The notes: generated from the sequence alone by a model not told the origin. A stretch of DNA of 64,000 nt from Candidatus Omnitrophica bacterium UBA6233 (GCA_002440965.1 DJWJ01000011.1:61427-125426), one strand, 5' to 3'. Positions 28,182-38,572 are shown, counted from the first letter of the stretch. Program-made: numbers and translations.

Positions 28182-28571
28182 TTACACTCTCCTTTTCTTC
28201 TTCGGACGACATCCGTTATGCGGTATAGGAGTAACATCCTTGATTAAAGTTATGATCAAACCTGAAGCCTGAAGCGCTCGTATCGCGCTTTCACGCCCGA
28301 ATCCCGGGCCTTTAACGCGCACTTCCACATCTTTAATCCCGATTTCCTTAGCTTTTCTAGCCGCGTCAGCCGCAGCTATCTGAGCCGCAAAAGGCGTGGA
28401 TTTCTTAGAACCGCTATAACCTACAATTCCCGGGGCAGACCAAACCAATACATTGCCCTGCTTATCGGTTATTGTGATTATTGTATTATTGAAGCTAGCC
28501 TGGATATGGGCAATCCCGGAACTAATCCCTCTGGCTATTTTCTTCTTCTTCGCTCTTTCTTTTGTCGCCAT
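28182..28571 (-). CDS. rpsK: 30S ribosomal protein S11
   Basis: A 129 aa ORF. Confidence 0.95.
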   Translation of the reverse strand: MATKERAKKKKIARGISSGIAHIQASFNNTIITITDKQGNVLVWSAPGIVGYSGSKKSTPFAAQIAAADAARKAKEIGIKDVEVRVKGPGFGRESAIRALQASGLIITLIKDVTPIPHNGCRPKKKRRV

Positions 28572-28596
28572 TAATTCCCTCTTTCTTTTAGGTTAG

Positions 28597-28621
28597 GAAT
28601 TAACCCCGAGCCCAAAGGGCG
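28597..28621. repeat. M3 motif, copy 2
   Basis: The sequence is ccccgagcccaaagggcgaggggta. Confidence 0.5.
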
Positions 28622-28638
28622 AGGGGTATACCCTTATT

Positions 28639-29046
28639 TTATTTTGCCGCTGGTTTTGCTTTAGCCGGCTCAGCTTTCTTAATTATAGCCATATTCCCCT
28701 TGCGCGGCCCTTTTCTGGTCCGGGCATTGGTGCGCGTGCGCTGGCCTCTGGCCGGAAGGCCCTTTTTGTGCCTTGAACCGCGATATGAACCAATGTCCAT
28801 TAAACGTTTAATATTCTGCGAAATATCCCTGCGCAAATCTCCTTCTAAACGCAACCCGCTTTTTTGCAGCGCATTGGTGATACGGGCGACCTCTTCATCG
28901 CTTAGGTCTTTGGCGCGCTTGGATGAATCGATGTTTACCTCTTTGAGTATCTTACCGGATAGAACTCTGCCTATCCCGTATAAATAAGTCAATGAAATAT
29001 CGATCCTTTTTTCCTTAGGTATATCTACACCCAGTATTCTTGGCAT
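28639..29046 (-). CDS. rpsM: 30S ribosomal protein S13
   Basis: A 135 aa ORF has [10 protein letters not shown]. Confidence 0.95.
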   Translation of the reverse strand: MPRILGVDIPKEKRIDISLTYLYGIGRVLSGKILKEVNIDSSKRAKDLSDEEVARITNALQKSGLRLEGDLRRDISQNIKRLMDIGSYRGSRHKKGLPARGQRTRTNARTRKGPRKGNMAIIKKAEPAKAKPAAK

Positions 29047-29099
29047 TTATATCTCCTATTTCTTTTGAATGCGAAAGGGGAACTCAAATTCCCAAAGAG

Positions 29100-29213
29100 T
29101 TAGCCCTGTCTCTGCTTATGCTTGGGATTAGAGCAAATTACCCTGATTACCCCCGCTCTTTTTACAATCTTGCATTTGTCGCAAATTTTTCTTACAGACG
29201 CTTTTACTTTCAT
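29100..29213 (-). CDS. rpmJ: 50S ribosomal protein L36
   Basis: The reverse complement encodes [37 protein letters not shown] (37 aa). It is absent from the ORF track, which has a 60-aa cutoff. Confidence 0.9.
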   Translation of the reverse strand: MKVKASVRKICDKCKIVKRAGVIRVICSNPKHKQRQG

Positions 29214-29268
29214 CCCGTTACAAACCTCCGAATTCTTAACCCGTTACAAGTTTGTAACGGGATTCATT

Positions 29269-29487
29269 TTATTTAACCCTAAAAGTTATCCTTCCCCTGT
29301 TCAAGTCATACGGAGAAAGCTCCAACTTAACCTTATCTCCCGGTAGAATCCTTATAAAATTCATACGCATTTTTCCTGATACATGCGCAAGCACCATATG
29401 CCCGTTTTCCAGCTCTACCTTGAACATCGCGTTGGGTAAAGCTTCGATAATTTTTCCTTCTGTTTCAATCAACTCTTCTTTAGGCAT
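29269..29487 (-). CDS. infA: Translation initiation factor IF-1
   Basis: A 72 aa ORF has an S1-like OB fold. Confidence 0.95.
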   Translation of the reverse strand: MPKEELIETEGKIIEALPNAMFKVELENGHMVLAHVSGKMRMNFIRILPGDKVKLELSPYDLNRGRITFRVK

Positions 29488-29515
29488 AAAACCCTTCTTA
29501 ATTACTCCCGGTTTT

Positions 29516-29539
29516 ACCCCGGGCGCTTAGCCGAGGGGT
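29516..29539. repeat. M3 motif, copy 3
   Basis: The sequence is ccccgggcgcttagccgaggggta. Confidence 0.5.
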
Positions 29540-29541
29540 AT

Positions 29542-30285
29542 TTATTTTGTTAAGATTTCCGGCCCTTTCTTGGTTATGGCTACCGTATGTTCAAAATGCG
29601 CTGAAGGTAACCTATCCTTAGTCACTGCGGTCCAGCCATTATCCAGAATTTCGGCTTCCCATCCTCCAATATTCACCATAGGTTCAATAGCCAGGACCAT
29701 TCCTTCTTTAAGCAGCGGCCCCTGCCCGGGACATCCAAAATTGGGGACTTCCGGATCTTCGTGCAACTTTAAACCGATTCCATGGCCGACAAATTGCCGC
29801 ACAACGGAAAAACCGTTATCTTCGACATATCTTTGAATCCTGACAGATATATCCGATAAACAATTCCCTATTATAGCCGCCTCTATGCCTTCGGACAAAG
29901 AAACCCGGGTAACATCGATAAGTTTCTTTATCTTTGGCGAAACACTGCCTATCGGTATGGTAATTGCCGAATCTGAGAAATAGCCTTTGTAATTTACTCC
30001 TATATCTAAACCTAAAATATCGCCTTCATTCAAGAGCCTGCCGGACGGAATACCATGGACAATTTCTTCATTGACCGAAGCGCAAACTGCCGCGGGATAC
30101 CCCCGATAACCCTTAAACGCGGGTAAGGCCCCTTGCTCCAGGATAAGTTTCTCCGCTAAAGAATCAATATCCAGGGTTGAAATACCGGCCTTAATCCTTT
30201 TTTCCAACTCTCGCATAACCCTGGAAAGAATCCCCCCGGAACATCTAAGCATTCGGAGTTCTTCTTCAGACTTTAAAGGAATCAT
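29542..30285 (-). CDS. map: Methionine aminopeptidase type I
   Basis: A 247 aa ORF. Confidence 0.95.
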   Translation of the reverse strand: MIPLKSEEELRMLRCSGGILSRVMRELEKRIKAGISTLDIDSLAEKLILEQGALPAFKGYRGYPAAVCASVNEEIVHGIPSGRLLNEGDILGLDIGVNYKGYFSDSAITIPIGSVSPKIKKLIDVTRVSLSEGIEAAIIGNCLSDISVRIQRYVEDNGFSVVRQFVGHGIGLKLHEDPEVPNFGCPGQGPLLKEGMVLAIEPMVNIGGWEAEILDNGWTAVTKDRLPSAHFEHTVAITKKGPEILTK

Positions 30286-30932
30286 GCAATCTTTTTAGTA
30301 AGAGCGATTATCTCTTCGAGAACCAAACCCGCATCGCCGTCTGCCGCAAGACGATATAATTTTTTCTTATCCTGATAATATTTTATAAGGCTGGAGACCT
30401 CGTTTTTGTAAACTTCCAGCCGTTTTTTAATCGTTTCTTCCCGGTCGTCGCTCCTTTGAAAAAGCGCGCCTTGGCACTTATCGCAAACTCCCTTATTCTT
30501 AGGAGGCATATTCCTGATGTGAAAATTCGCTCCGCAGACACTGCAAACCAATCTTCCCGAGAGCCTCTGGATAATTACACTATCACTTGAATCCAGGTAT
30601 ACAACCATATCCACATCTAAATTCTTCTGCTTGAATATTTCTTCCAGGGTTTGAGCTTGGGAAAAATTGCGCGGATAACCGTCGAGAATAAAACCTTTCT
30701 TTATATCGCTTTGCGAGAATCTCTCCAAAAGCATCTTGCTCATTAACTCATCAGGGACCAAAAGCCCGCGCTCCATATAGTCTTTGGCTTCTTTTCCCAA
30801 GGCAGTTGCGTCTTTGACGTTTTGCCTTAGGATATCGCCGGTAGATATATGCGGCAAACTCAATCTCTCCGCCAATCTTTTGGCCTGAGTTCCTTTACCT
30901 GCTCCGGGTGGACCTAATAGCACTATTCTCAT
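30282..30932 (-). CDS. adk: Adenylate kinase (Zn-lid type)
   Basis: A 216 aa ORF has GPPGAGKGTQA and CxxC...CxxC in the lid. Confidence 0.95.
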   Translation of the reverse strand: MRIVLLGPPGAGKGTQAKRLAERLSLPHISTGDILRQNVKDATALGKEAKDYMERGLLVPDELMSKMLLERFSQSDIKKGFILDGYPRNFSQAQTLEEIFKQKNLDVDMVVYLDSSDSVIIQRLSGRLVCSVCGANFHIRNMPPKNKGVCDKCQGALFQRSDDREETIKKRLEVYKNEVSSLIKYYQDKKKLYRLAADGDAGLVLEEIIALTKKIA

Positions 30933-30977
30933 ATATACACCTTAATTAAAAACTTAAAACGCAAAACTGCTTATTTA

Positions 30978-31112
30978 ATTAATGTCAAAATAACAAAGCA
31001 CAAAATTCAAAATAAATTTAAATGACAAATTCCAAATGACAAAACTTTTGTTTTGCTATTTGACATTTGGACTTTGAATTTATTTTGGACTTTAAATTTT
31101 GTCATTTGTCAT
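30978..31112. repeat. P-family palindrome, copy 3 (between secY and adk)
   Basis: ...aatgtcaaaataacaaagcacaaaattcaaaataaatttaaatgacaaa... is mirrored by ...tttattttggactttaaattttgtcatttgtcatta. Confidence 0.75.
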
Positions 31113-31129
31113 TACACTTTTTACTTTAA

Positions 31130-32476
31130 CTATCTTCTTCCTTTAATATGGCTTCCTTTAATAAAGCCTTCGTAGTGATGCGTCAACAAATGCGATTCTA
31201 TTTGTTTTAAGGTATCCAGCATAACTCCTACTATGATCAAGATTCCTGTGCCTCCAAAAAATGAGGCAACCAAATACGGGACTTTAAGCCAGGCCATGAT
31301 AAAATCCGGGAAGATGGCGATAACTACGATGAAAAGCGCGCCTGCCAAGGTAATCCGGGTCATCACATAATCCAGATATTCAGCTGTAGGCGCACCCGGA
31401 CGAATGCCTGGAATAAACCCGCCGTATTTTTTCATATTCTCGGAAAGATCCTGCGGATTAAACACTATTGCCGTATAAAAATAACAAAAGAACATAATCA
31501 GGAGCCCATAAACAACCGTATAAAGCACATGGCCGCGGATTAAACTCTCTGCCAATCTTTGAAATCCCGGATTGGGAATAAACGATGCCAATGTCGCCGG
31601 AAAAAGAATGATCGATTGAGCGAATATGATGGCTATAACTCCGGAGGTATCCACTTTCAGGGGAATATAAGTGGACTGCCCTCCATAAATCTTTCTGCCG
31701 ACGATCCTGCGCGCATATTGAACAGGGATTTTCCTCTGGCCCTGGGTAATCATTATTACCGCGAAAACTACGCCTACCAGAAAAATACCCATAATTAACA
31801 AGGTAAAAGGCTGAATTTGCCGGCGGCTTGCCGCAAAAGGCGAAACCAAAACATACAACTGGTGCATCGCAGCCGGAATCCTTGATATGATACCGGCGGT
31901 AATTACCAATGATATACCGTTACCTATTCCGCGCTCCTGTATTTGCTCGCCCAGCCACATAATAAAAATAGTGCCGGTAGTCAAGGTCAAAACAGTAACC
32001 AGACGAAAACCCCAACCCGGTGTCATAACTATTCTTAAACCTTCAAAACGAGCCGGATTTTCCAGCCAAAGAGCGATAAAATACGATTGAACCAGGGCTA
32101 AGGCTACTGTGCCATAACGGGTAAATTGGTTTATTTTCTCATAGCCAGCTTTACCTTCTTTGGCTATTTTCTCCAAAGCGGGGATTACCGCGGTCAATAG
32201 CTGCATGATGATCGATGAAGATATATACGGCATAATCCCCAGCGCAAATATGGTCAGCTTTTCCATTGCGCCTCCGGAAAACATATTAATTATGCCAAAG
32301 ATCGTGCCGCCTTGCGTCCGGGATATGCGGTTAAAAAATTCGGCCAGGGCTGCTCCGTCAATGCCGGGAGTCGGAACATAACAACCAACCCTGTATACCG
32401 CAATCAAAGCGCCAGTTATAATCAAACGCCTCTTTAGATCCGGAATCTTAAAGGCATTAACTAGAGCGCTAAACAT
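31130..32476 (-). CDS. secY: Preprotein translocase SecY
   Basis: A 448 aa ORF with 10 TM segments. Confidence 0.95.
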   Translation of the reverse strand: MFSALVNAFKIPDLKRRLIITGALIAVYRVGCYVPTPGIDGAALAEFFNRISRTQGGTIFGIINMFSGGAMEKLTIFALGIMPYISSSIIMQLLTAVIPALEKIAKEGKAGYEKINQFTRYGTVALALVQSYFIALWLENPARFEGLRIVMTPGWGFRLVTVLTLTTGTIFIMWLGEQIQERGIGNGISLVITAGIISRIPAAMHQLYVLVSPFAASRRQIQPFTLLIMGIFLVGVVFAVIMITQGQRKIPVQYARRIVGRKIYGGQSTYIPLKVDTSGVIAIIFAQSIILFPATLASFIPNPGFQRLAESLIRGHVLYTVVYGLLIMFFCYFYTAIVFNPQDLSENMKKYGGFIPGIRPGAPTAEYLDYVMTRITLAGALFIVVIAIFPDFIMAWLKVPYLVASFFGGTGILIIVGVMLDTLKQIESHLLTHHYEGFIKGSHIKGRR

Positions 32477-32966
32477 TGATAACTTCCGCTACTCCGCCGG
32501 CCTTTTTGATTTCTTCCGAGGCCTTTTTGGAGAATGAGTGGGCCTGAACAGTTATGGGATTTTTTACGCAACCGTCCCCCAGAATCTTAACCAGCTTACC
32601 CTTATCTTTAATCAAACCTTTAGCCAGTAAAAGTTCCGGATTTATCACGGTTTCTTTTATTTTAGCCAAGCTTTCCAGGTTTACAATCTGATATTCTTTT
32701 TTAAATACACTATTGAAACCGCGTTTTGGCATTTTGCGGACTAAAGGAGACTGCCCTCCTTCGAAACCTAAATAAAAATGCCTTCCCGCGCGGGAAGTCT
32801 GGCCCTTGCTTCCTCTAGTCGAAGTTTTTCCATGCCCCGAGCTAGAACCTCTGCCTAAATACTTACGCCCTTTATGCGCGCCAGCCGGAACTTTTAAGTT
32901 AAATAAACCGACTAACTGCGCAGAATCTTGCGACTTACTCTTTTTTATGGTTTTTTTGCTTTTCAT
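32469..32966 (-). CDS. rplO: 50S ribosomal protein L15
   Basis: A 165 aa ORF. Confidence 0.95.
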   Translation of the reverse strand: MKSKKTIKKSKSQDSAQLVGLFNLKVPAGAHKGRKYLGRGSSSGHGKTSTRGSKGQTSRAGRHFYLGFEGGQSPLVRKMPKRGFNSVFKKEYQIVNLESLAKIKETVINPELLLAKGLIKDKGKLVKILGDGCVKNPITVQAHSFSKKASEEIKKAGGVAEVINV

Positions 32967-33023
32967 AGTTCGACTCTTTTCACTCGCTCACTATGAACCC
33001 TGAGTTTATCAAAGGGTTCATCT
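32967..33023. repeat. R1 hairpin repeat, copy 2, filling the rpsE-rplO gap where rpmD (L30) normally sits
   Basis: The sequence AGTTCGACTCttttCACTCGCTCACTATGAACCCTGAGtttatcaAAGGGTTCAT is homologous to the elements at 14537-14600 and 53964-54066. Confidence 0.75.
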
Positions 33024-33476
33024 TTAACTTTTGAGGCTCTTTAAGCCCTCGACGGTAGCTTTAATAACATTAATAGGGTTATTGGATTTAAGGCACTTTG
33101 TCAATATATCCTTGATGCCTGCGGCTTCGCATATAGCCCGCACAGGACCAGCTGCGATTACCCCTGTCCCTTCCGAGGCTGGTTTAAGCATTACTTTGGC
33201 AGCGCCATAGTGCCCGACAACTTCATGAGGAATAGTGGAACCCTCAAGGCTAACCCTAAAAAGGCTCTTTTTGGCCTTAGTCAGGGATTTGCGTATTGCA
33301 TCCGCCACCTCATTAGCTTTATCCAAAGCAAATCCAACCCTGCCCTTGGTATCGCCTACAACTACAAGCGCGCTAAAATGTAATTTCTTGCCGCCTTTGG
33401 TAACCTTGGTAACACGGTTGATGGTAATTACCTTTTCAATTAATTCCGGCTGCTGTTCAATGTTTAACTCACGCAT
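33024..33476 (-). CDS. rpsE: 30S ribosomal protein S5
   Basis: A 150 aa ORF. Confidence 0.95.
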   Translation of the reverse strand: MRELNIEQQPELIEKVITINRVTKVTKGGKKLHFSALVVVGDTKGRVGFALDKANEVADAIRKSLTKAKKSLFRVSLEGSTIPHEVVGHYGAAKVMLKPASEGTGVIAAGPVRAICEAAGIKDILTKCLKSNNPINVIKATVEGLKSLKS

Positions 33477-33479
33477 AAG

Positions 33480-33851
33480 TTAAAACTCCAATCCGCCTTT
33501 TCTTAAGGATTCGGCAAATGCCTTTATCCTGCCATGATATAAATAACCTGCCCTGTCAAATATGATTTTACTAATCCCTTTTTCTTTGGCCATTTTAGAA
33601 AAAACCTCTCCAAAAACGCCAGATGCTTTGACACTTCCGGAAGAACTTACGTTTTTCTTAAACTCTTTACTTGCCGTAGAAAAAGAAAATAACACCTTAT
33701 TCTCTGTGTCGTCGATAACTTGGGCTGAAAGATTGTTCAGGGAGCGTTTGACGACCAGACGCGGCTTACTGCCTGAGCCCTGCATTTTAATCCTGATTCT
33801 GCGATGCCTTTTTAATCTTGCGAGTTCTTTTTTATTCATTTTATTTTCCAC
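33480..33851 (-). CDS. rplR: 50S ribosomal protein L18
   Basis: A 123 aa ORF. Confidence 0.95.
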   Translation of the reverse strand: MENKMNKKELARLKRHRRIRIKMQGSGSKPRLVVKRSLNNLSAQVIDDTENKVLFSFSTASKEFKKNVSSSGSVKASGVFGEVFSKMAKEKGISKIIFDRAGYLYHGRIKAFAESLRKGGLEF

Positions 33852-34392
33852 CGCCGGTTGCCTGAGCCTTGCCCACTTTCTTTTTCACGTATTCCCCGAC
33901 AAAACGAATGCCTTTACCTTTATAAGGCTCTGGCGGATATATGGCGCGTATCTCGGTCGATACCTTGCCAACCAATGCCTTATCAATACCTCTTATAACT
34001 ACCTGAGTCGGTTTAGGCGTCTCGATTTTTATGCCCGCGGGGATAGGAAAATTCACCTGATGGGAAAAACCCAGGCTCATATTCAGAATGCTGCCCTGGA
34101 CACCCGCTTTAAAACCCACGCCGATTATTTCCAGCTCTTTTGCATAGCCTTCTGTCACACCCTTGATCATATTCACTATCAAAGCCCGGTACAAACCATG
34201 CAAAGACCTGTCCATCTTGGTATCGGCAACCCGTTTCACCAAAACCTGGCCATCTTTTATCTCAAGGTTGATCCGGGGAGAAAGCGGAAGATTCAATTTC
34301 CCTTTAGCGCTCTCCACTAAAATAACGTTATCCTTTACTTCGACTTTGACTTCTTTAGGGACAGTAATAAGTTTTTTTCCTATTCTAGACAT
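33841..34392 (-). CDS. rplF: 50S ribosomal protein L6
   Basis: A 183 aa ORF. Confidence 0.95.
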   Translation of the reverse strand: MSRIGKKLITVPKEVKVEVKDNVILVESAKGKLNLPLSPRINLEIKDGQVLVKRVADTKMDRSLHGLYRALIVNMIKGVTEGYAKELEIIGVGFKAGVQGSILNMSLGFSHQVNFPIPAGIKIETPKPTQVVIRGIDKALVGKVSTEIRAIYPPEPYKGKGIRFVGEYVKKKVGKAQATGGGK

Positions 34393-34399
34393 ATTTTCC

Positions 34400-34795
34400 T
34401 TACCAGATGTAGCCGATAACTTCTCCGCCTAAACTCATTTCGCGGGCGTCCTTATCGGTCATAATACCTTTAGATGTTGAGATGATTGCCAAACCTCTGC
34501 CTCTTAAAACTGTAGGAACCTTTTTGTGAGTCACGTATAAACGTAATCCTGGACGGGAAATGCGCTTGATATTTCTGATCGCTCCTTTTCCGGCGACATA
34601 TTTCAAATATATACGGACCTGGCCCTGTTTCTTATCTTCAATCAATTTAAAATTATCAACGTAACCTTCTTTTTTCAAAATCTCTAAAATAGATTTTATG
34701 GTGTTAGAAGCCGGAACATCCACGCTATCCCTTTTGATCATTGTGGCGTTGCGGATTATCGTAAACACATCAGCTATTAAATCAGTTCTCGACAT
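34400..34795 (-). CDS. rpsH: 30S ribosomal protein S8
   Basis: A 131 aa ORF. Confidence 0.95.
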   Translation of the reverse strand: MSRTDLIADVFTIIRNATMIKRDSVDVPASNTIKSILEILKKEGYVDNFKLIEDKKQGQVRIYLKYVAGKGAIRNIKRISRPGLRLYVTHKKVPTVLRGRGLAIISTSKGIMTDKDAREMSLGGEVIGYIW

Positions 34796-34812
34796 TATTC
34801 TCCTCTATTTTT

Positions 34813-34998
34813 CTACCAGCTTGCTTTTTTGACTCCCGGGATCATACCCTGCCAAGCCAGTTCCCTGAAACATATACGGCACAATTGAAACCTGCGCAAA
34901 TAACCGCCGCTTCGGCCGCAGATAGCGCAACGATTATGTTTACGCGTCGAAAATTTTGCCTGCCTTTTCCATCTTGCTATTTGTGAATTCTTAGCCAT
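34813..34998 (-). CDS. rpsZ: 30S ribosomal protein S14 type Z (zinc-binding)
   Basis: A 61 aa ORF has CAICGRSGG...CRICFRE. Confidence 0.95.
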   Translation of the reverse strand: MAKNSQIARWKRQAKFSTRKHNRCAICGRSGGYLRRFQLCRICFRELAWQGMIPGVKKASW

Positions 34999-35006
34999 AG
35001 CCTTTA

Positions 35007-35561
35007 TTAATCCTTATCTGTTTTAAAAGGGACGCCGAATAATTTCAATATAAGGCGGGCCTCTTCTTTGTTTCTAACATTCCTGATAACAATGGTTATA
35101 TCCATACCCTGAGTGCGGGTCAATTTATCGTATTCCATCTCCGGGAAAATTCCCTGCTCGCTAAGGCCTAACGTGTAATTACCCGCCTTGTCAAATGCGT
35201 CGGGAGAAACCCCCCTGAAATCACGGATACGCGGAAGCGCTATGTTCACTAAGCGATCCAGGAACTCATACATCATGAAACGGCGTAAAGTAACCTTGCA
35301 ACCTACGGGAGAATTTTCTTTAACTTTAAAATTTGAGATAGCTTTTTTGGCCCGGCGCATAATCGCCTTCTGTCCGGTAATTAAAGCTAACTCATCCATC
35401 GCTTTTTCCAGGATCTTCACATCTTGAAGCGCTTCCCCCACGCCCATATTCACCACTATTTTTTCAATGCGAGGAACCGCCATCCTGTTCTTGATCTTTA
35501 ATTCCTGCATCAGCTGCGGAACTATTTCTTTTCTGTATTTTTCTAATAATCTCGGTAACAT
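35007..35561 (-). CDS. rplE: 50S ribosomal protein L5
   Basis: A 184 aa ORF. Confidence 0.95.
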   Translation of the reverse strand: MLPRLLEKYRKEIVPQLMQELKIKNRMAVPRIEKIVVNMGVGEALQDVKILEKAMDELALITGQKAIMRRAKKAISNFKVKENSPVGCKVTLRRFMMYEFLDRLVNIALPRIRDFRGVSPDAFDKAGNYTLGLSEQGIFPEMEYDKLTRTQGMDITIVIRNVRNKEEARLILKLFGVPFKTDKD

Positions 35562-35616
35562 ATTTTCTCTCTCTACTTTTAGCTCTTCCTATGAGCTATC
35601 AGCTATGAACTATAAG

Positions 35617-35928
35617 CTAAATAACTTCTTTGCAAGATTTGCAGACTCTGGATTTTGTTCCGTCTTTAAGTATTAAAAAACCGACTCTGGCAGCCTTATC
35701 GCAATGCTTACAGACCAACATAATATTACTCAAGGCTATAGGCATTTCGATTGAAACAATTCCGCCTTTTTGGTCCTGGCGGGTCTGCCGTTTATGCTTC
35801 TTGGCTAAATTTATTCCCTCTACAAGAGCGCGTCCGCTTTCATTAAAAATCTGGATGACTTTTCCTTTTTTCCCTTTATCTTTTCCTTTTATTACCTGGA
35901 TTATGTCGTTCTTTTTAATTTTTTGCAT
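35617..35928 (-). CDS. rplX: 50S ribosomal protein L24
   Basis: A 103 aa ORF has a KOW motif. Confidence 0.95.
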   Translation of the reverse strand: MQKIKKNDIIQVIKGKDKGKKGKVIQIFNESGRALVEGINLAKKHKRQTRQDQKGGIVSIEMPIALSNIMLVCKHCDKAARVGFLILKDGTKSRVCKSCKEVI

Positions 35929-36296
35929 TAGATTACCTCGGGTGCCAAAGATATAATCTTGGAAAAATTCTTATCCCTTAATTCGCGGGCAACCGGACCG
36001 AATACGCGCGTGCCGCGGGGATTATCCTGATTATCGATAAAAACAACCGCATTGCGATCGAACCTTAACACTGAACCATCAAGACGCCTGATTGCCTGGC
36101 GGGTTCTTACGATAACGGCCCTGCCTTTTTCGCCTTTTTTAATCGTGGCATCCGGAGACGACTCTTTGATATTCACGTTAATAATATCCCCGATCTCGGC
36201 GTTAGGGCAGTTCTTTTTCCCTAAAACTCCGATCATCGATGCCTTTTTCGCGCCGGTATTATCCGCTACATCTAGTATGGAACGCAACTGAATCAT
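35928..36296 (-). CDS. rplN: 50S ribosomal protein L14
   Basis: A 122 aa ORF. Confidence 0.95.
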   Translation of the reverse strand: MIQLRSILDVADNTGAKKASMIGVLGKKNCPNAEIGDIINVNIKESSPDATIKKGEKGRAVIVRTRQAIRRLDGSVLRFDRNAVVFIDNQDNPRGTRVFGPVARELRDKNFSKIISLAPEVI

Positions 36297-36578
36297 TTAA
36301 ATCTCCTCTTTTACTTCTATCTTGGCCGCTTCGCTGACTTTCTTGATAACTTCAGTTACTCTAAAATGCTTGTCTTTAGAAAGGGGCCGGGTTTCTTCAA
36401 TCTTTACGGTGTCGCCAAACTTAGCGATCCCTTTCTCATCATGAGCTTTGAATTTGTTGAAAATCTTAGCAATACGCGAATATTTGGAGTGTTTGCTTAT
36501 CCTCATAACGCGCACAACCACCGTCTTTTGCATTTTATTGCTTATTACCGTCCCGATAAACTCTTTTCGCTTTCCCAT
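36297..36578 (-). CDS. rpsQ: 30S ribosomal protein S17
   Basis: A 93 aa ORF. Confidence 0.95.
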   Translation of the reverse strand: MGKRKEFIGTVISNKMQKTVVVRVMRISKHSKYSRIAKIFNKFKAHDEKGIAKFGDTVKIEETRPLSKDKHFRVTEVIKKVSEAAKIEVKEEI

Positions 36579-36580
36579 TT

Positions 36581-36781
36581 TTATTCTTTCTTTGAGTTCA
36601 AAATAGTTTCGACTACCGCAATGTCTTTTTTAACCAAAGAGAACAGGTGCGGCTTCTCTACTCTTCCGGTATAACGCTGGGAGTTCAATTTAAAAAGCTC
36701 ATCTTTCAGGGCTTTCTCTTTCTCCAGTAATTCAGCTTTTGATAAGTTGATTAAATCTTTTGCTTTCAGTCTTTTTGCCAT
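36581..36781 (-). CDS. rpmC: 50S ribosomal protein L29
   Basis: A 66 aa ORF. Confidence 0.9.
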   Translation of the reverse strand: MAKRLKAKDLINLSKAELLEKEKALKDELFKLNSQRYTGRVEKPHLFSLVKKDIAVVETILNSKKE

Positions 36782-36782
36782 A

Positions 36783-37199
36783 TTATTTATGTATACGTGA
36801 TATAAATTTTGTCCTGAGTGGTAACTTATAGGCTACAAGCCTAAAACACTGACGGGCATACTCTTCGGGAACACCGCCCAATTCAAACATTATCTTTCCT
36901 CTTTTAACCACGCAAACCCAATGATCCAAATCCCCCTTGCCCTTACCCATACGCACTTCTGCCGGTTTTTTAGTTATTGATTTATCCGGAAAAACCCTAA
37001 TCCAAAGCTTTCCCCCCTTATGCAGCTGACGGGCGATAATGACACGAGCGGCTTCAATCTGGGTATTCTTTAACCACCCGTTGTCCAGGCTTTTCAATCC
37101 GAATTCACCGAAGGCTAAATCTGCGCCGCTGGTGGCTATTCCTCTGCGCTGCCCCTTTTGTAATTTACGGTATTTTACTCTCTTGGGCATTAAAGGCAT
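36783..37199 (-). CDS. rplP: 50S ribosomal protein L16
   Basis: A 138 aa ORF. Confidence 0.95.
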   Translation of the reverse strand: MPLMPKRVKYRKLQKGQRRGIATSGADLAFGEFGLKSLDNGWLKNTQIEAARVIIARQLHKGGKLWIRVFPDKSITKKPAEVRMGKGKGDLDHWVCVVKRGKIMFELGGVPEEYARQCFRLVAYKLPLRTKFISRIHK

Positions 37200-37200
37200 A

Positions 37201-37896
37201 TCAGTTCATCTCCTTTTTAGCCTTTACTTCTTCGGCCTTAACTTCAGAAACATCCTGAATCACTTTCTTTTCCAAAACATCCCCCTTATATATCCAGACT
37301 TTAACACCTATAAGCCCATAAGTAGTAAGGCTCTCGGCAAAACCATAATCTATATCCGCCCGAAAAGTCTGCAAGGGGACTTTGCCAAGTTTATAAGTTT
37401 CGGTCCGGGACATTTCTGCTCCGTTTAGACGTCCAGCGCAGCAAACGCGTATACCCTTAACTCCGGCGTTGATTGACTGCTCCATGGCTCGCTTTACGGC
37501 CCTGCGAAACGCAACGCGTTTCTCCATTTGGAAAGCGACGTTTTCAGCAACTAATTGCGCATCCCAAGCAGGCTGCTTTACTTCTTCGATATCAATGGCG
37601 ATTTCCTGTTTGGCCAAACTATTCAAATCCCCTCTTAAGCGCTCAATATCGGCTCCGTGACGGCCAATAATAAGCCCGGGGCGAGCGCTAAATATCCTGA
37701 TTCTAATCTTATCCGCCAATCTATCAATTACGATTTTAGATACCGCAGCCTGTTTAAATCTTTTCTTGATGAATTTACGAATGTTATAATCCTGATATAT
37801 AAATTTAGGGAACTCTTTATGCCCGGCAAACCAACGCGAGTGCCATCCCTTGATAAAACCAATTCTTAGAAGTAACGGACTAACTTTTTGACCCAT
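37201..37896 (-). CDS. rpsC: 30S ribosomal protein S3
   Basis: A 231 aa ORF. Confidence 0.95.
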   Translation of the reverse strand: MGQKVSPLLLRIGFIKGWHSRWFAGHKEFPKFIYQDYNIRKFIKKRFKQAAVSKIVIDRLADKIRIRIFSARPGLIIGRHGADIERLRGDLNSLAKQEIAIDIEEVKQPAWDAQLVAENVAFQMEKRVAFRRAVKRAMEQSINAGVKGIRVCCAGRLNGAEMSRTETYKLGKVPLQTFRADIDYGFAESLTTYGLIGVKVWIYKGDVLEKKVIQDVSEVKAEEVKAKKEMN

Positions 37897-37899
37897 TTA

Positions 37900-38238
37900 T
37901 TATTCTCCTGATTTCAAATCTAATTCAATCCTGATATGGCAAGTTCTCTTTAAAATCGGTTGCGCCCGGCCAAAAGCCGCGGCCTTAAACCTTTTCCAGC
38001 TCGGACCCACATTACATACTGCTTTAGAAATATAAAGCTGTTCGATATTAAAACCTTTTACCTTGGCATTAGCAATAGCCGAATTTAATATCTTGATCAA
38101 ATACTCTTTAGGACGCTTATTAATATTTAAAAGTAACGCCCGAGCAAAAACCGCATCCTTTCCGCGAATAAGATCCATTACCAGCCTTACCTTAGGCGGC
38201 GAAATCCTCAAAAATTTTCCTTCTGCTTTAGCTATCAT
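37900..38238 (-). CDS. rplV: 50S ribosomal protein L22
   Basis: A 112 aa ORF. Confidence 0.95.
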   Translation of the reverse strand: MIAKAEGKFLRISPPKVRLVMDLIRGKDAVFARALLLNINKRPKEYLIKILNSAIANAKVKGFNIEQLYISKAVCNVGPSWKRFKAAAFGRAQPILKRTCHIRIELDLKSGE

Positions 38239-38284
38239 TTTTTCTTTTTCCTATCTACTGACTACTATCTGCTAACTACCCTTA

Positions 38285-38572
38285 TTAGGTTTTCTCTAAT
38301 GCTTTCTTGGCCTTTACTCCGCCGTGCTTCCTGAATATGCGGGTAGGGGCAAACTCGCCTAATTTATGTCCAACCATATTTTCGGTTACAAAAACAGGAA
38401 CGTGTTTCTTGCCGTCATGAACGGCAAAAGTCAAACCTACGAAATCCGGAATAACAGTAGAAGCTCTCGACCAGGTTTTAATTGCCTGGCGCGTGCCGGA
38501 TTTACGCTGCTGATCAACTTTCCTTAACAATCTTTCCTCAACATAAGGACCTTTTTTTAATGAACGTGGCAT
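38285..38572 (-). CDS. rpsS: 30S ribosomal protein S19
   Basis: A 95 aa ORF. Confidence 0.95.
   Translation of the reverse strand: MPRSLKKGPYVEERLLRKVDQQRKSGTRQAIKTWSRASTVIPDFVGLTFAVHDGKKHVPVFVTENMVGHKLGEFAPTRIFRKHGGVKAKKALEKT

Noticed and set aside
33015-33021. 13-codon uORF (MNPLINSGFIVSE) within the R1 copy upstream of rplO
   Set aside because: It is not conserved in the other R1 copies, and the rplJ copy has no ATG at all. It is likely incidental.
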